A stretch of DNA of 63,832 nt, filler included. It is 6 parts of 6 records of this genome, joined end to end, with 100 filler letters (N's around TTAATTAATTAA, not from the genome) between each part and the next. Parts side by side here need not be neighbours in the genome. Positions count along the whole stretch, not along the records: positions 25,774 to 57,146 come from SRR31156797_22316; positions 57,247 to 63,832 come from SRR31156797_22324; 4 more parts are not named here. One strand, 5' to 3'. Below the pieces are notes generated by a model. It worked only from the letters and a program-made list of their open reading frames with translations, had not been told where the DNA came from and did no database searches. Numbering within the stretch: position 1 is the stretch's first letter; the number at the start of each line of letters is the position of its first letter. Positions 53,512 through 62,843 of the stretch are shown piece by piece. The translations under genes and the position numbers were made by a program.

Positions 53512-55442
53512 CTCTCCGTTTCTTTAGTGAGTTGCTTGGGCATAGTGATCGTGTAGTGGACCCCATGACCAATTTCAGATTGGAAGGTAAGTTCACCGTG
53601 AAGTTTTTTATTCAGTAGATTGAATACTAGGTTCAACCCGAGCCCTGACCCTCCCATACCGCGTTTGCTGGTAAAGAAGGGTTCAAATATTTTCTGATGC
53701 AGTGCCGGAGCGACACCGCAACCGTTGTCTTGGTATTCTAAAACGACGTTGCTGTCTTGTTCATAAAATCGAATAGAGATCTCAGGATTTTCCGTATCTT
53801 TAAATGCATGGTGAACGCTGTTCATGATGAGGTTTGCAACAATTTGGGTGAGAACGCCCGGCAGGCTGTTCATGATGAGGTTTTCATCACCTTCAACAAT
53901 GGGTTCAACAGGAACTTTGCGTGTTTCTGAATGCAGACTGGCAATAAGCGATTGTATGACCTGACCCACTTTAAACTGGCTGCGATGTTCCGACACTTGA
54001 TCCACAGCGGTTTGTTTGAAGTCTCTCACCAGTTTGGCTGCGCGGTTTAAATTACTTTCTAACAGTGTACTACTGTCGGTCATGCGTTCCATCAACGTAG
54101 AAAACTGGCTACTGGTTAGGGTCTGATTTGTAAAGGCATCATTCAGCTCTTTATTCACATCTTGGATCACAGAAGAAGCCGTGACGGCAATGCCCAGTGG
54201 CGTGTTGACTTCATGAGCGACTCCCGCAACCAACCCACCAAGGGCTGCCAGTTTTTCCGACTCAATCAGCTGATTTTGTGTTTGTTGTAAGTGCTGCATA
54301 CTTTGCTGAAGATCCCGAGTCCGCTCATCAACGGTTTTTTCCAGATTGTAATTCAATGTTTGCAACTCTAGCTGGACGGTTTTTAGTTCGGTGATGTTAA
54401 TAGCAGTACCGCGAAAGCCAATAAAACGTCCTTTTTCATAGCGAGCCATACCTTGAAACATCATAAATACCCGCTCCGAATTGAGGAGTAGTTGCTGTTC
54501 ACACTTGTTGAAATCAGCACGAGTTTCCAATGCACAGAGCAGTTCGGTGGTATCTTCAAAAGAAGGAATTTGCGCGAAAGTAGGCGTTGAATCTGGGCCC
54601 AGAAGCAGAGCGTTACGCATTGATTCAGAGGTATAGGTAAGATGGCCATCGGTATTGGTTTCCCACAGCCAGTCAGATGAAACTAAGGTGAAATCAGTAA
54701 AACGCTCTTGCTCAAACTTAATATTGCGATAGAGCGTTGTGACATTATTGGTGATGGTGTTGGTCTCTTGCACCAACCATTCAAGCTCATCGTTTTTCTC
54801 CATTATTAATTTGTTGCGCTTTAACGACAGTTTTTCGGCAGGATGACTTGGATTGTATTGTCTTAGATAGTGAGCGATGGCGAAAATACGTCGGTTTACG
54901 CTTTCATGAAACACCATCAAAATGACGAAGCAAACAAAAAAGGTTTTCCCGGCGTTGATAATGAGTGTGAGGACGAACTGTTTAATTAAGCTGTTGTAAA
55001 TATCTTGAGCACTGGACTCAATGTAGATCATGCCAACGTTGTCGGTTTGCTCTGTGTCGATATCGTAATAATTGAGAGGATAGCTGTGTTTGATCACGCT
55101 CCCCTCTACAGGGGTTCCAGCATCGAACTCGTACTTGCCTGATGTTACTTTCAAGTACTCGAGCTTAGGTAGATTAACCAAACCATCGAGTCGCTGTTGC
55201 AGTAAAACTAAATCATAATCCCACAGGGATGTGGAGAGTAAATCCGCGTGAATGGTTTCGATTTCATGGTGACGTTGATAGACATCGTTAAACTCGTTTT
55301 CATAGTCGTAATAAGTTTGTGCCAGTGTCGCGACTAACGTCACGGCACCACTGAGCATAATTAGGATAATAATTATTCTTCGGCCAATACGGCTATAAAA
55401 TGGATTAGTATTACTTTCTATAAACTGTCTATTTTTTGTCAT
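53508..55442 (-). CDS. Membrane sensor histidine kinase with PAS domain
   Basis: Two TMs, SDWLWETN PAS, EKLAALGGLVAGVAHEVNTPLG, NLIMNS, DNGCG, FEPFFT, GSGLGL. Confidence 0.93.
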   Translation of the reverse strand: MTKNRQFIESNTNPFYSRIGRRIIIILIMLSGAVTLVATLAQTYYDYENEFNDVYQRHHEIETIHADLLSTSLWDYDLVLLQQRLDGLVNLPKLEYLKVTSGKYEFDAGTPVEGSVIKHSYPLNYYDIDTEQTDNVGMIYIESSAQDIYNSLIKQFVLTLIINAGKTFFVCFVILMVFHESVNRRIFAIAHYLRQYNPSHPAEKLSLKRNKLIMEKNDELEWLVQETNTITNNVTTLYRNIKFEQERFTDFTLVSSDWLWETNTDGHLTYTSESMRNALLLGPDSTPTFAQIPSFEDTTELLCALETRADFNKCEQQLLLNSERVFMMFQGMARYEKGRFIGFRGTAINITELKTVQLELQTLNYNLEKTVDERTRDLQQSMQHLQQTQNQLIESEKLAALGGLVAGVAHEVNTPLGIAVTASSVIQDVNKELNDAFTNQTLTSSQFSTLMERMTDSSTLLESNLNRAAKLVRDFKQTAVDQVSEHRSQFKVGQVIQSLIASLHSETRKVPVEPIVEGDENLIMNSLPGVLTQIVANLIMNSVHHAFKDTENPEISIRFYEQDSNVVLEYQDNGCGVAPALHQKIFEPFFTSKRGMGGSGLGLNLVFNLLNKKLHGELTFQSEIGHGVHYTITMPKQLTKETES

Positions 55443-55571
55443 TCCATCGAACCTGTTGACCCATCTCGCAGATTGTTCTTTTTAGTTTTTGTCTGAATTT
55501 TAGTATAGAAGTTATAGTTTAAGAGTAAGTCGATGATTGTCTAAAGTTAAATAATTAAAATAAGAAAGGTA

Positions 55572-56555
55572 TTGGTTATGTTTCGATTGCTGGTGTTGCT
55601 GTACTTTTTATCCTCATCTGCATTTGCGGCGAAGATACTCGTTATTGAAAGTTACCATGCAGGTTTTGGTTGGGATAAAGGTTACCGTACCGGTCTCGAA
55701 TCTGAACTCAAATCTCAGCATCAAATGACTTTTTTTGAAATGAACACGAAACGGCTGCCCGCCTCAACATATCAGAAGCGTGCCGAACTGGCCTATCAGT
55801 TTTTCTTGCAGCAACAGCCGGATCTGGTGGTGTTAGGGGATGACAACGCTTTAAGCTACATGCTACCCAAACTGCACAATCAGTCGGTTCCTATCGTGTT
55901 CTTAGGCATTAACTCCAATCCCAGACGTCTGTTAAAACGATACCCAAGTGAAGCGGGGGTTACTGGAGTGTTAGAGCGCCCTTTTTATTCCAAAACCATG
56001 GCGGGCGTTGGTGAGTCACTAGACAGTACTCATACTCACCCTAATGTTTTAGTGATGTTTGATTCTAGCAATACCTCGAAAATTGCGGTTAGCCGGATTA
56101 GGGCGCAAGCCGACCTGATCAAAAGCAATTTGAATATCGATACGGTGATAAAAACCTATGCGACCCAGAGAGCGTGGTATGAAGATGTTCAGACGGCAAA
56201 ACAACATGGTTACGCGGCTATTGTTGTGGGTCTGTACCAGTCATTGGTAGACAGTCATGGTGAAAGCGCTCAAGAAGCTGAGATAATCCATTGGACCAGT
56301 CAATATTCCCCTGTACCGATTTTTGGTTTCTGGGACTTTTCGGTCGGTGTGGATAAAGCCGCTGGTGGCGTAGTGCTTTATGGCCTTGCCCAAGGAAAGC
56401 AAGCGGGCTTGTTAGTACAACAGATACTGGAACGTGGCCAAAATGCGGGTGAAGTGCCGATTGAGATTGGTGCCCATGGCCGAGAAATATACAGTCCAAC
56501 AGAGTTCAAACGCTGGGGACTCACTCCGCCCTCTGGGTGGCAATCTATTGATTAG
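55572..56555 (+). CDS. Periplasmic ligand-binding protein (ABC substrate-binding fold), no permease adjacent
   Basis: Signal peptide, KILVIESYH, PDLVVLGDDNA, PIVFLGIN, VTGVLERP, PIFGFWD. Confidence 0.8.
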   Translation: MVMFRLLVLLYFLSSSAFAAKILVIESYHAGFGWDKGYRTGLESELKSQHQMTFFEMNTKRLPASTYQKRAELAYQFFLQQQPDLVVLGDDNALSYMLPKLHNQSVPIVFLGINSNPRRLLKRYPSEAGVTGVLERPFYSKTMAGVGESLDSTHTHPNVLVMFDSSNTSKIAVSRIRAQADLIKSNLNIDTVIKTYATQRAWYEDVQTAKQHGYAAIVVGLYQSLVDSHGESAQEAEIIHWTSQYSPVPIFGFWDFSVGVDKAAGGVVLYGLAQGKQAGLLVQQILERGQNAGEVPIEIGAHGREIYSPTEFKRWGLTPPSGWQSID

Positions 56556-56619
56556 CGGTTTGCTTGGCGTATTTTTTTATTTAGACTGCATGTTTTGCCT
56601 AAATTGGAAGTGACAAAAT

Positions 56620-56964
56620 ATGGAAGTAACCGCACTGATCGAAAAATTAACGCATCAGCCACAAACGGTAGAGTTTGCTGAAGTTATTGAAACGATTGAT
56701 CAAGCTTATCAATTTTCACCAACAGCGTTTACCAATGGTGAAACGATCAATGAAGCCAATCAGAACAACGGCTCATGTAAAATTTTTGCTTTTGCAAAGC
56801 TTAACAACTTAAGTGAAGAACAAACCTTAGCGTGTTTTGGCGATTTTTATCGTCAAGATGTACTACAAAACCCAGACAATGACGACCACCAAAATATCCG
56901 AAATTTTATCCGTTTTGGTTGGCAGGGTATTAGCTTTTCAGGAGAAGCGCTTAGCGCTAAATAA
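56620..56964 (+). CDS. HopJ-family protein
   Basis: FSPTAFTNG..N.ANQNNGSCKIFAFA, LACFG.FYR.DV, HQNIRNF..FGW. Confidence 0.8.
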   Translation: MEVTALIEKLTHQPQTVEFAEVIETIDQAYQFSPTAFTNGETINEANQNNGSCKIFAFAKLNNLSEEQTLACFGDFYRQDVLQNPDNDDHQNIRNFIRFGWQGISFSGEALSAK

Positions 56965-56976
56965 CGGGAAAGTATT

Positions 56977-57003
56977 AGGGCGGCTTAAATAGCCGCTTTT
57001 TTT
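56977..57003 (+). terminator. Intrinsic terminator
   Basis: GCGGCT-TAAAT-AGCCGC followed by a T run. Confidence 0.75.
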
Positions 57004-57072
57004 ATACGCCATTCTGCCTGTTGTGGCATTTGTCGCTTGATTTCAACAGTGGAGGAACATATTATAAATCTA

Positions 57073-57091
57073 AATGATAATTAATATCAGT
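57073..57091. promoter_or_regulatory. Fur box-like site
   Basis: AATGATAAT-T-AATATCAGT, two mismatches to AATGATAATnATTATCATT; ATG at 57103 begins MLPFLAALCFMLIL, cut by the contig end. Confidence 0.55.
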
Positions 57092-57146
57092 AAGGTTTTT
57101 TGATGTTACCTTTTCTCGCTGCTTTGTGTTTTATGCTGATACTCGG

Positions 57147-57246
57147 NNNNNNNNNNNNNNNNNNNNNNNNNNNNNNNNNNNNNNNNNNNNTTAATTAATT
57201 AANNNNNNNNNNNNNNNNNNNNNNNNNNNNNNNNNNNNNNNNNNNN
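57147..57246. other. Assembly spacer (contig join)
   Basis: N run with TTAATTAATTAA. Confidence 0.98.
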
Positions 57247-57486
57247 GTAGTAATTACCTTCCAGGTAATGGCAGTCGCCGGGGTGTCAGCCGGACACCCA
57301 TACACCGTCAGAGCCGTGACGAAAGGCCGCCAGTACGAATTTAGGGGTAACCCGGGCCGAGCAGGGCACCCGGATGATCCTGAAATTGGGCGGGTATTGA
57401 AATCGACTTACACCCGCCAAATCTGCTGCACCGTAACTACACCAGTTACAGAGAAAGGTTGTGATTTTTGGTTCCCAATCGCTCAT
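57247..57486 (-). CDS. mvhD: MvhD/FlxD [2Fe-2S] subunit, selenocysteine form, 3'-truncated
   Basis: [15 protein letters not shown]...DGVWVSG-UGA(57286-57288)[13 protein letters not shown]; UGA aligns with the Cys of GCHPGDCHY in the contig-4 MvhD. Confidence 0.92.
57253..57269 (-). promoter_or_regulatory. Bacterial SECIS-like hairpin (mvhD)
   Basis: ATTACC-TGGAA-GGTAAT starting 16 nt after the UGA. Confidence 0.65.
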
Positions 57487-57550
57487 TCCCTCATCTCCTA
57501 TTTTATTTGATTAGGCGCAAGGTGTTAAGGGGAAAGGTGAAACATTTAAC

Positions 57551-57578
57551 ACTTGAAACCTAAAACTTGAAACTTGAA
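57551..57578. repeat. Heptamer tandem repeat
   Basis: ACTTGAA ACCTAAA ACTTGAA ACTTGAA in the hdrA-mvhD intergenic region. Confidence 0.6.
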
Positions 57579-57651
57579 AAACCCCTATATCACATCATGA
57601 GTCCAAATTTTAGAAAAAAATGCAATTCCCGTGAGATTCTCACCCGAATCC

Positions 57652-60600
57652 CTAAATCTGATCAATCATGGCCATGATCTGTCCCTCTCCAAATCCCTTG
57701 AGATTCAAGGCGCCCGATCGGCAGGAGGCCACACACAGACCGCACCCCTTGCACAGAATGGGATTCACCTGGGCTTTGCCTTCAAAGGGACCTTCTTCCA
57801 CAAAAGACGGGGCTGAAAAAGGACACAGCCCAATGCAGACGCCGCAACTGCTGCAATACAGGGGGTTGACGGCCGCAACCGTCCCGCTGACGTTAAAGCG
57901 TTTCCTGGCCAGCAGGGTGATGGCGCATGAAGCGGCCGCCAGGGACTGTGCCACGGATTCGTCAATGGGTTTGGGATAGTGCGCCATGCCGCAGAGAAAG
58001 ACCCCGTCCGTTGCGAATTTTGACGGACCCAGCTTGGCGTGTGCTTCCACAAAAAACCCGTCTTCGTTCATGGGGACTTTAAAAAACTGTGCCAGTTTTT
58101 CATCCCGGTAAGGGACAATGGCGGTACTGAGGCACAGCAGATCGGTCTTAATCCGGATGGGCCGTGCCAGGATCCGGTCCATGATTTCAATCTGTAGCGT
58201 ATCCCCTGCTAAAGAAACCTGCGGCTTTTCATCCAGGGAATACCGGAAAAATTTCACCCCGGCCATTCGCGCCTTTCGATACAAATATTCCCGCTCTCCA
58301 TAGGTCCTGATGTCCCGGTAAAGGACCATGACGTCCATCTTGGGGTTCAGGCTTTTCAGATGAAGGGCGCTTTCCATGGTATGGGTACAGCAGACCCTTG
58401 AGCAATAGGGCCGTTCCGGCTCTCGTGAGCCCACGCATTGGATGAATACGGCGGTTTTGGTTTCCTTAAGTGCCGGGTCGCCTTTCAGGAACCGGCGATC
58501 CAGTTCCAGGTGGGTCAGGACCCTCGGGTCTTCCCCATGGAGATATTCATGGGGTTGATACTCGGAGGCACCGGTTGAAATGACCGCCACGCCGTGCTCC
58601 AGGGTTTTTTCCTTGCCGTTGTTAATGGTAAGGGTGGTTGTGAAGTTGCCCACAAACCCCTCCACATCCGCCACTTCCGTATCCAGACATACATCAATAT
58701 TGGGGTCCGATTGAACGGCCTCCACCAGATCCACCAGCTGCTTTTGAACGTCCTCCCCCTTCCAGGTTTTAAAAAGGCTGAGGGCTTGGCCCCCCAGGGC
58801 CGATGATCGTTCAACCAGACACACCGGATACCCCTGGGCTGAAAGGGTTTTAGCGGAGGTCAGCCCGGATATGCCGCCCCCGATCACAAGGGCTCCCTGA
58901 TCGATCTCAAGGGTGGATTCCTGGAGGGGATCCATGAGGGCGACTTTTGCCACCGCCATTCGAACCAGATCCTTCGCCTTTTCAGTGGCCTGTTCCGGGT
59001 CGTTTTTATGGACCCAGGAATCTTGGTTTCGAATGTTGACCATTTCAAACAGATATTTGTTCAGGGTGGCATTGATCAGCGTTTCCTGGAACAACGGTTC
59101 ATGGGTTTTAGGGGTGCAGGCGGCCACAACGATCCGGTTGAGGTTTTGCTCTTTGATCACCTGGCTCATGGTGTCCTGGGTGTCCTGTGAGCAGGTATAG
59201 AGATTGTCGGTTACATAATCCACGTAGGGGAGACTGGCCGCATAATCCCTCACCTGGTCGATATCCACCACACCGGCGATATTGATCCCGCACCGGCAGA
59301 CAAAGACGCCGATACTGGGGCGTTGACCTGTGATGTTGGTTTCCGGAATAATCTCTTTGGTTTTTGTGAGCGTGTGCCTGGCGCCGCTCAAGGCTTCACC
59401 CGCGGCACAGGCGGCGGCGCTGGCATCGATGACGGACTGGGGGATATCTTTGGGATTCTGGAATGCGCCGCTGACGAATATTCCGTCCCGGGAGGTGGTG
59501 ACCGGGGCGAAACTGGAGGTTTCACAGAAATTCCCTTCCGTCAGTTGTATCCCGAGGTCACGGCTCAGATCGATCAGTTCGGGGGGGGTCTCAAGGCCCA
59601 CGGAGAGGACCACCATATCAAATGTTTCGGTTATGGGATTGCCGTCTTCCATGGTGTACCGAAAGCTTAAGGTATCATCATCGGGAACCGTATCCACCGT
59701 ATGGATGCGGGAGCGTACAAACCGGATCCCGTGCTTTTCCCGCGCATCATTATAAAACCGTTCAAAATCTTTGCCGTAGGTCCGCATATCCATATAGAAA
59801 ACGGTGCAGTCAAGATCCCCCCCGGAATGCTCTTTGGCGATCATGGCCTCCTTGATGGCATACATACAGCACACCGAAGAGCAGTAAGCACGGTCACATT
59901 TGTTGTTCTCTCTGGAACCGACGCACTGTACCCATGCGATTTTCTTGGGTTCCCGGTGGTCTGAAAGTCTCACAAGGTGCCCCCCAAAGGGCCCGGAAGC
60001 CGAGAGCAACCTTTCAAATTGCATTGAGGTGACCACATTGGGAAGCCTGCCAAAGCCATAGACATCCAGGCCCGAGGGATCAAATGGCGCAAAACCCGGG
60101 GCTATAATCACCGATCCCACACGGATTTCCTCCGTAACTTCAGAATCCTCGTGGATGATGGCGTCTGCCTGGCACACCGTTTCGCACCCTTTACATTCCA
60201 TGGCGCCGGTGATCTTCAGACAGTTCTGAAGGTCCCGGGTGGCCTTGAGGGGAACGGCCTGGGGATAGGGGATATAGATGGCCTTTCTGTTTGACAGTTT
60301 CATGTCAAATTCGTTGGGAAGGGCGATGGGGCAGGTATTGATGCGGTTGATCGCCTGTTCCTTGCAGGCATCCATGCACTTCCAGCAACCGGTGCAGTTC
60401 TGGGTACTGTAAATGGGCTTTTCACAGTTGCATATTTCAGCCTGTTCGTGTGAACAGGTGATGCCGATAATGTGCAGCTGATCTATATTAATTTCTCCCT
60501 TTTCCTCCAACTGCCGGATGGCTCTCACGTCGCACCCCCGGAGGACGGCGGCAATCCGGGTATCGGGACGCTTCTTGAGCATCAGGGTCAGGGTTTTGCT

Positions 60601-60759
60601 CAGTCTGTGTATGGGCTCAAACTCGATATTTTCCAGCTCATCGAGGTTTCGAAACAGGTAGGGTCCAACCTGACCCCATCGTTTCGCTAACCCTAGAACA
60701 CCCTCATAACCGTTCCGGAGGGCATTTTCCGCTTCCTGTCTGATCCACTCTTTCATCAC
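57652..60759 (-). CDS. hdrA: Fusion: FdhB/FlxC-like N-terminal half + ferredoxin + C-terminal part of a double-module HdrA
   Basis: N-terminal RIAAVLRGCDVRAI...IIGITC; then TCPIALPNEFD..RKAIYIPYPQAVP, FERLLSASGP, QCVGSR..YCSSVCC; second module IGVFVCRCGINI, IGGGISG, YCSRVCC, C-terminal ferredoxins; first FAD GGGxxG missing. Confidence 0.88.
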   Translation of the reverse strand: MMKEWIRQEAENALRNGYEGVLGLAKRWGQVGPYLFRNLDELENIEFEPIHRLSKTLTLMLKKRPDTRIAAVLRGCDVRAIRQLEEKGEINIDQLHIIGITCSHEQAEICNCEKPIYSTQNCTGCWKCMDACKEQAINRINTCPIALPNEFDMKLSNRKAIYIPYPQAVPLKATRDLQNCLKITGAMECKGCETVCQADAIIHEDSEVTEEIRVGSVIIAPGFAPFDPSGLDVYGFGRLPNVVTSMQFERLLSASGPFGGHLVRLSDHREPKKIAWVQCVGSRENNKCDRAYCSSVCCMYAIKEAMIAKEHSGGDLDCTVFYMDMRTYGKDFERFYNDAREKHGIRFVRSRIHTVDTVPDDDTLSFRYTMEDGNPITETFDMVVLSVGLETPPELIDLSRDLGIQLTEGNFCETSSFAPVTTSRDGIFVSGAFQNPKDIPQSVIDASAAACAAGEALSGARHTLTKTKEIIPETNITGQRPSIGVFVCRCGINIAGVVDIDQVRDYAASLPYVDYVTDNLYTCSQDTQDTMSQVIKEQNLNRIVVAACTPKTHEPLFQETLINATLNKYLFEMVNIRNQDSWVHKNDPEQATEKAKDLVRMAVAKVALMDPLQESTLEIDQGALVIGGGISGLTSAKTLSAQGYPVCLVERSSALGGQALSLFKTWKGEDVQKQLVDLVEAVQSDPNIDVCLDTEVADVEGFVGNFTTTLTINNGKEKTLEHGVAVISTGASEYQPHEYLHGEDPRVLTHLELDRRFLKGDPALKETKTAVFIQCVGSREPERPYCSRVCCTHTMESALHLKSLNPKMDVMVLYRDIRTYGEREYLYRKARMAGVKFFRYSLDEKPQVSLAGDTLQIEIMDRILARPIRIKTDLLCLSTAIVPYRDEKLAQFFKVPMNEDGFFVEAHAKLGPSKFATDGVFLCGMAHYPKPIDESVAQSLAAASCAITLLARKRFNVSGTVAAVNPLYCSSCGVCIGLCPFSAPSFVEEGPFEGKAQVNPILCKGCGLCVASCRSGALNLKGFGEGQIMAMIDQI

Positions 60760-60800
60760 AGTCTCCTCGGCGTGAAACGACCATTTGGATCTGTTTCTTC

Positions 60801-62843
60801 CTAATTGTCAATACCTATATTAACGGCACAAACCTTAAAATCCGGAATCTTCGCCTGGGCTTCGATCCGGCTGTCCGTCAGTTTATTAACGGTGCATTCC
60901 GCAAAATGCATGGGAATAAATATGGTACCGGGTTGTACTTCACCGGTTTTTGCAGCCTTGATGGCGATTTCCCCCCTTCGTGAACGCACCATGACCATCT
61001 GGCCTTCATGGATACCCAACCGGTCGGCATCTTCGGGATGGATGTTCATCAAGGCTTCCGGCGCTTCCCGGTTCAGAATATCGATGCGCCGGGTCATGCT
61101 ACCCCCGTGAAAGTGAAAGGGGATCCTGCCGGTACTGAGGATATAGGGGTAATCCTGATCCGGGAGTTCCGCTGGGGGCACGTAGTCGATGGCGGAAAAA
61201 AGGCCCCGGCCCCTTGCAAAACCGGTTTCATAGAGAAACGGGGTTCCCGGATGCTCTTTGTTGGGACACGGCCACGCAAGGACTTCACCATTATCGAGGC
61301 GGTCATAGGTGATGCCCCCGTAGGAAGGGGTTACCGATGCGATTTCTTCCATGATCTCTTTGGGGGAGGCAAAATCAAACCCCGGTGCGTTCATGACGCC
61401 TGCCAGTTCTGATATGATCCGCCAGTCGGGTTTTGATTCCCCCATGGGCGAAATGGCTTCCCGGACCCGCTGAACACGGCGGTCCGTATTGGTGAAAGTA
61501 CCTTCTTTTTCGGCGAATGAGCAGGCGGGCAGTACCACATGGGCCAGTTGTGCGGTCTCCGTCATGAAGATATCCTGAACCACCAGGAGGTCGAGGGATT
61601 CCAGTGCCTGCTGAACATGCCGGGTGTCGGGGTCGGAAATCATGGGGTTTTCGCCCATGACGATCATCCCCTTGAGGGTTTTGTTCCGGGCGGCGGCCAT
61701 CATTTCCACCAGGGTCAGCCCCGGTGTTTGAGAGAGCGGCATTCCCCATCGGTCTTCAAATCGGGCATGCACATCCATGTTTGCCACCGGTTGATATCCG
61801 GGCATGACATTGGGCAGGGCCCCCATATCACAGGCGCCCTGAACGTTGTTCTGACCCCTTAAGGGGTTTACTCCGGTAAAGGGGCGGCCCACATTTCCCG
61901 TGGCCATGGCAAGGTTCGCAACGGCTTTTACATTGTCCGTGCCCGTGGTGTGCTGGGTAATGCCCATGGCGTAAAAGATCATGGCCTTTTCAGCTTTGCC
62001 GAAAGTCAGCGCCGTCTGTTTTAAGATGTCTTGGCTTACACCCGTGATGTCACTGACCTTTTCAAGCGTATACCCTCTCACCTTCTCTTTTAAGGCCTCA
62101 AACCCTTCGGTTTTGTCTCGGATGAATTCATGATCGATCAGGTTTTCCCAGATCAGGATATGCAGTATCCCGTTTAAAAAGGCCACGTTGGTTCCGGGTT
62201 TTAAGCTCACAAAGATGTCGGCGTATTCGGTGAGCGGAATTCTCCGCGTGTCCACCACAATGAGTTTGGCACCCTTGTTTTTGGCCGCCATTATTCTGCC
62301 TGAGATGATGGGGTGCTGACTGGTGGTGTTGCTTCCGATGACGAGCATGCAGTCGGTATGTTCAATCTCGGAAATGGAGTTTGTCATGGCGCCCGCACCG
62401 AAGGCCGTGGCAAGACCTGCCACCGTGGAGGAGTGTCAGAGGCGTGCGCAATGATCGATGTTGTTGGTTCCCAGCAACCCCCTTGTAAATTTCATGAAGA
62501 GATAGTTTTCTTCATTGGTGCATTTGGCACTGGACAAAACACCCAATGCATCCGGCCCATGGACGTCTTTGATGCCGGTCAACCCTTCCGCGATCCTCCG
62601 GTAGGCTTCATCCCAGCTGACTTCCACGAATTGGCCGTTTTTCCTGATCAGGGGTTTTTCCAGGCGGTCCGGTTTTTGAACAAATTCATGGGCGTTTCTC
62701 CCCAGGACACACAGTTTCCCCTGGCTGACGGCGTGACTTCTGCAAGGGACCACATCCACAATCTCTTCGTTCTGGACCTGGAGATAGAAATTGCACCCGG
62801 TGCCGCAGAACGGGCAGGTGGTCAAGGTCATGTCAGAGTGCAT
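60801..62843 (-). CDS. fdhA: Cytoplasmic Mo/W-bisPGD formate dehydrogenase alpha subunit, selenoprotein (about 680 aa)
   Basis: Track ORFs 62436-62894 and 60801-62423 are one frame: TCPFCGTGC...DHCARL-UGA(62436-62438)-HSSTVAGL; LRGQNNVQGACDMG; RBS AAGGAGG; no Tat signal. Confidence 0.95.
62407..62423 (-). promoter_or_regulatory. SECIS hairpin (fdhA)
   Basis: GTGGCA-GGTCT-TGCCAC 12 nt after the UGA, resembling the E. coli fdhF SECIS. Confidence 0.85.

Noticed and set aside
56620-56964. HopJ as evidence of a type III secretion system
   Set aside because: No T3SS genes nearby, and the family is widespread in non-pathogens.
62436-62438. fdhA, hdrA and mvhD as nonsense-mutated pseudogenes
   Set aside because: All three stops are UGA at conserved Cys/Sec columns with downstream hairpins; recoding explains them better.
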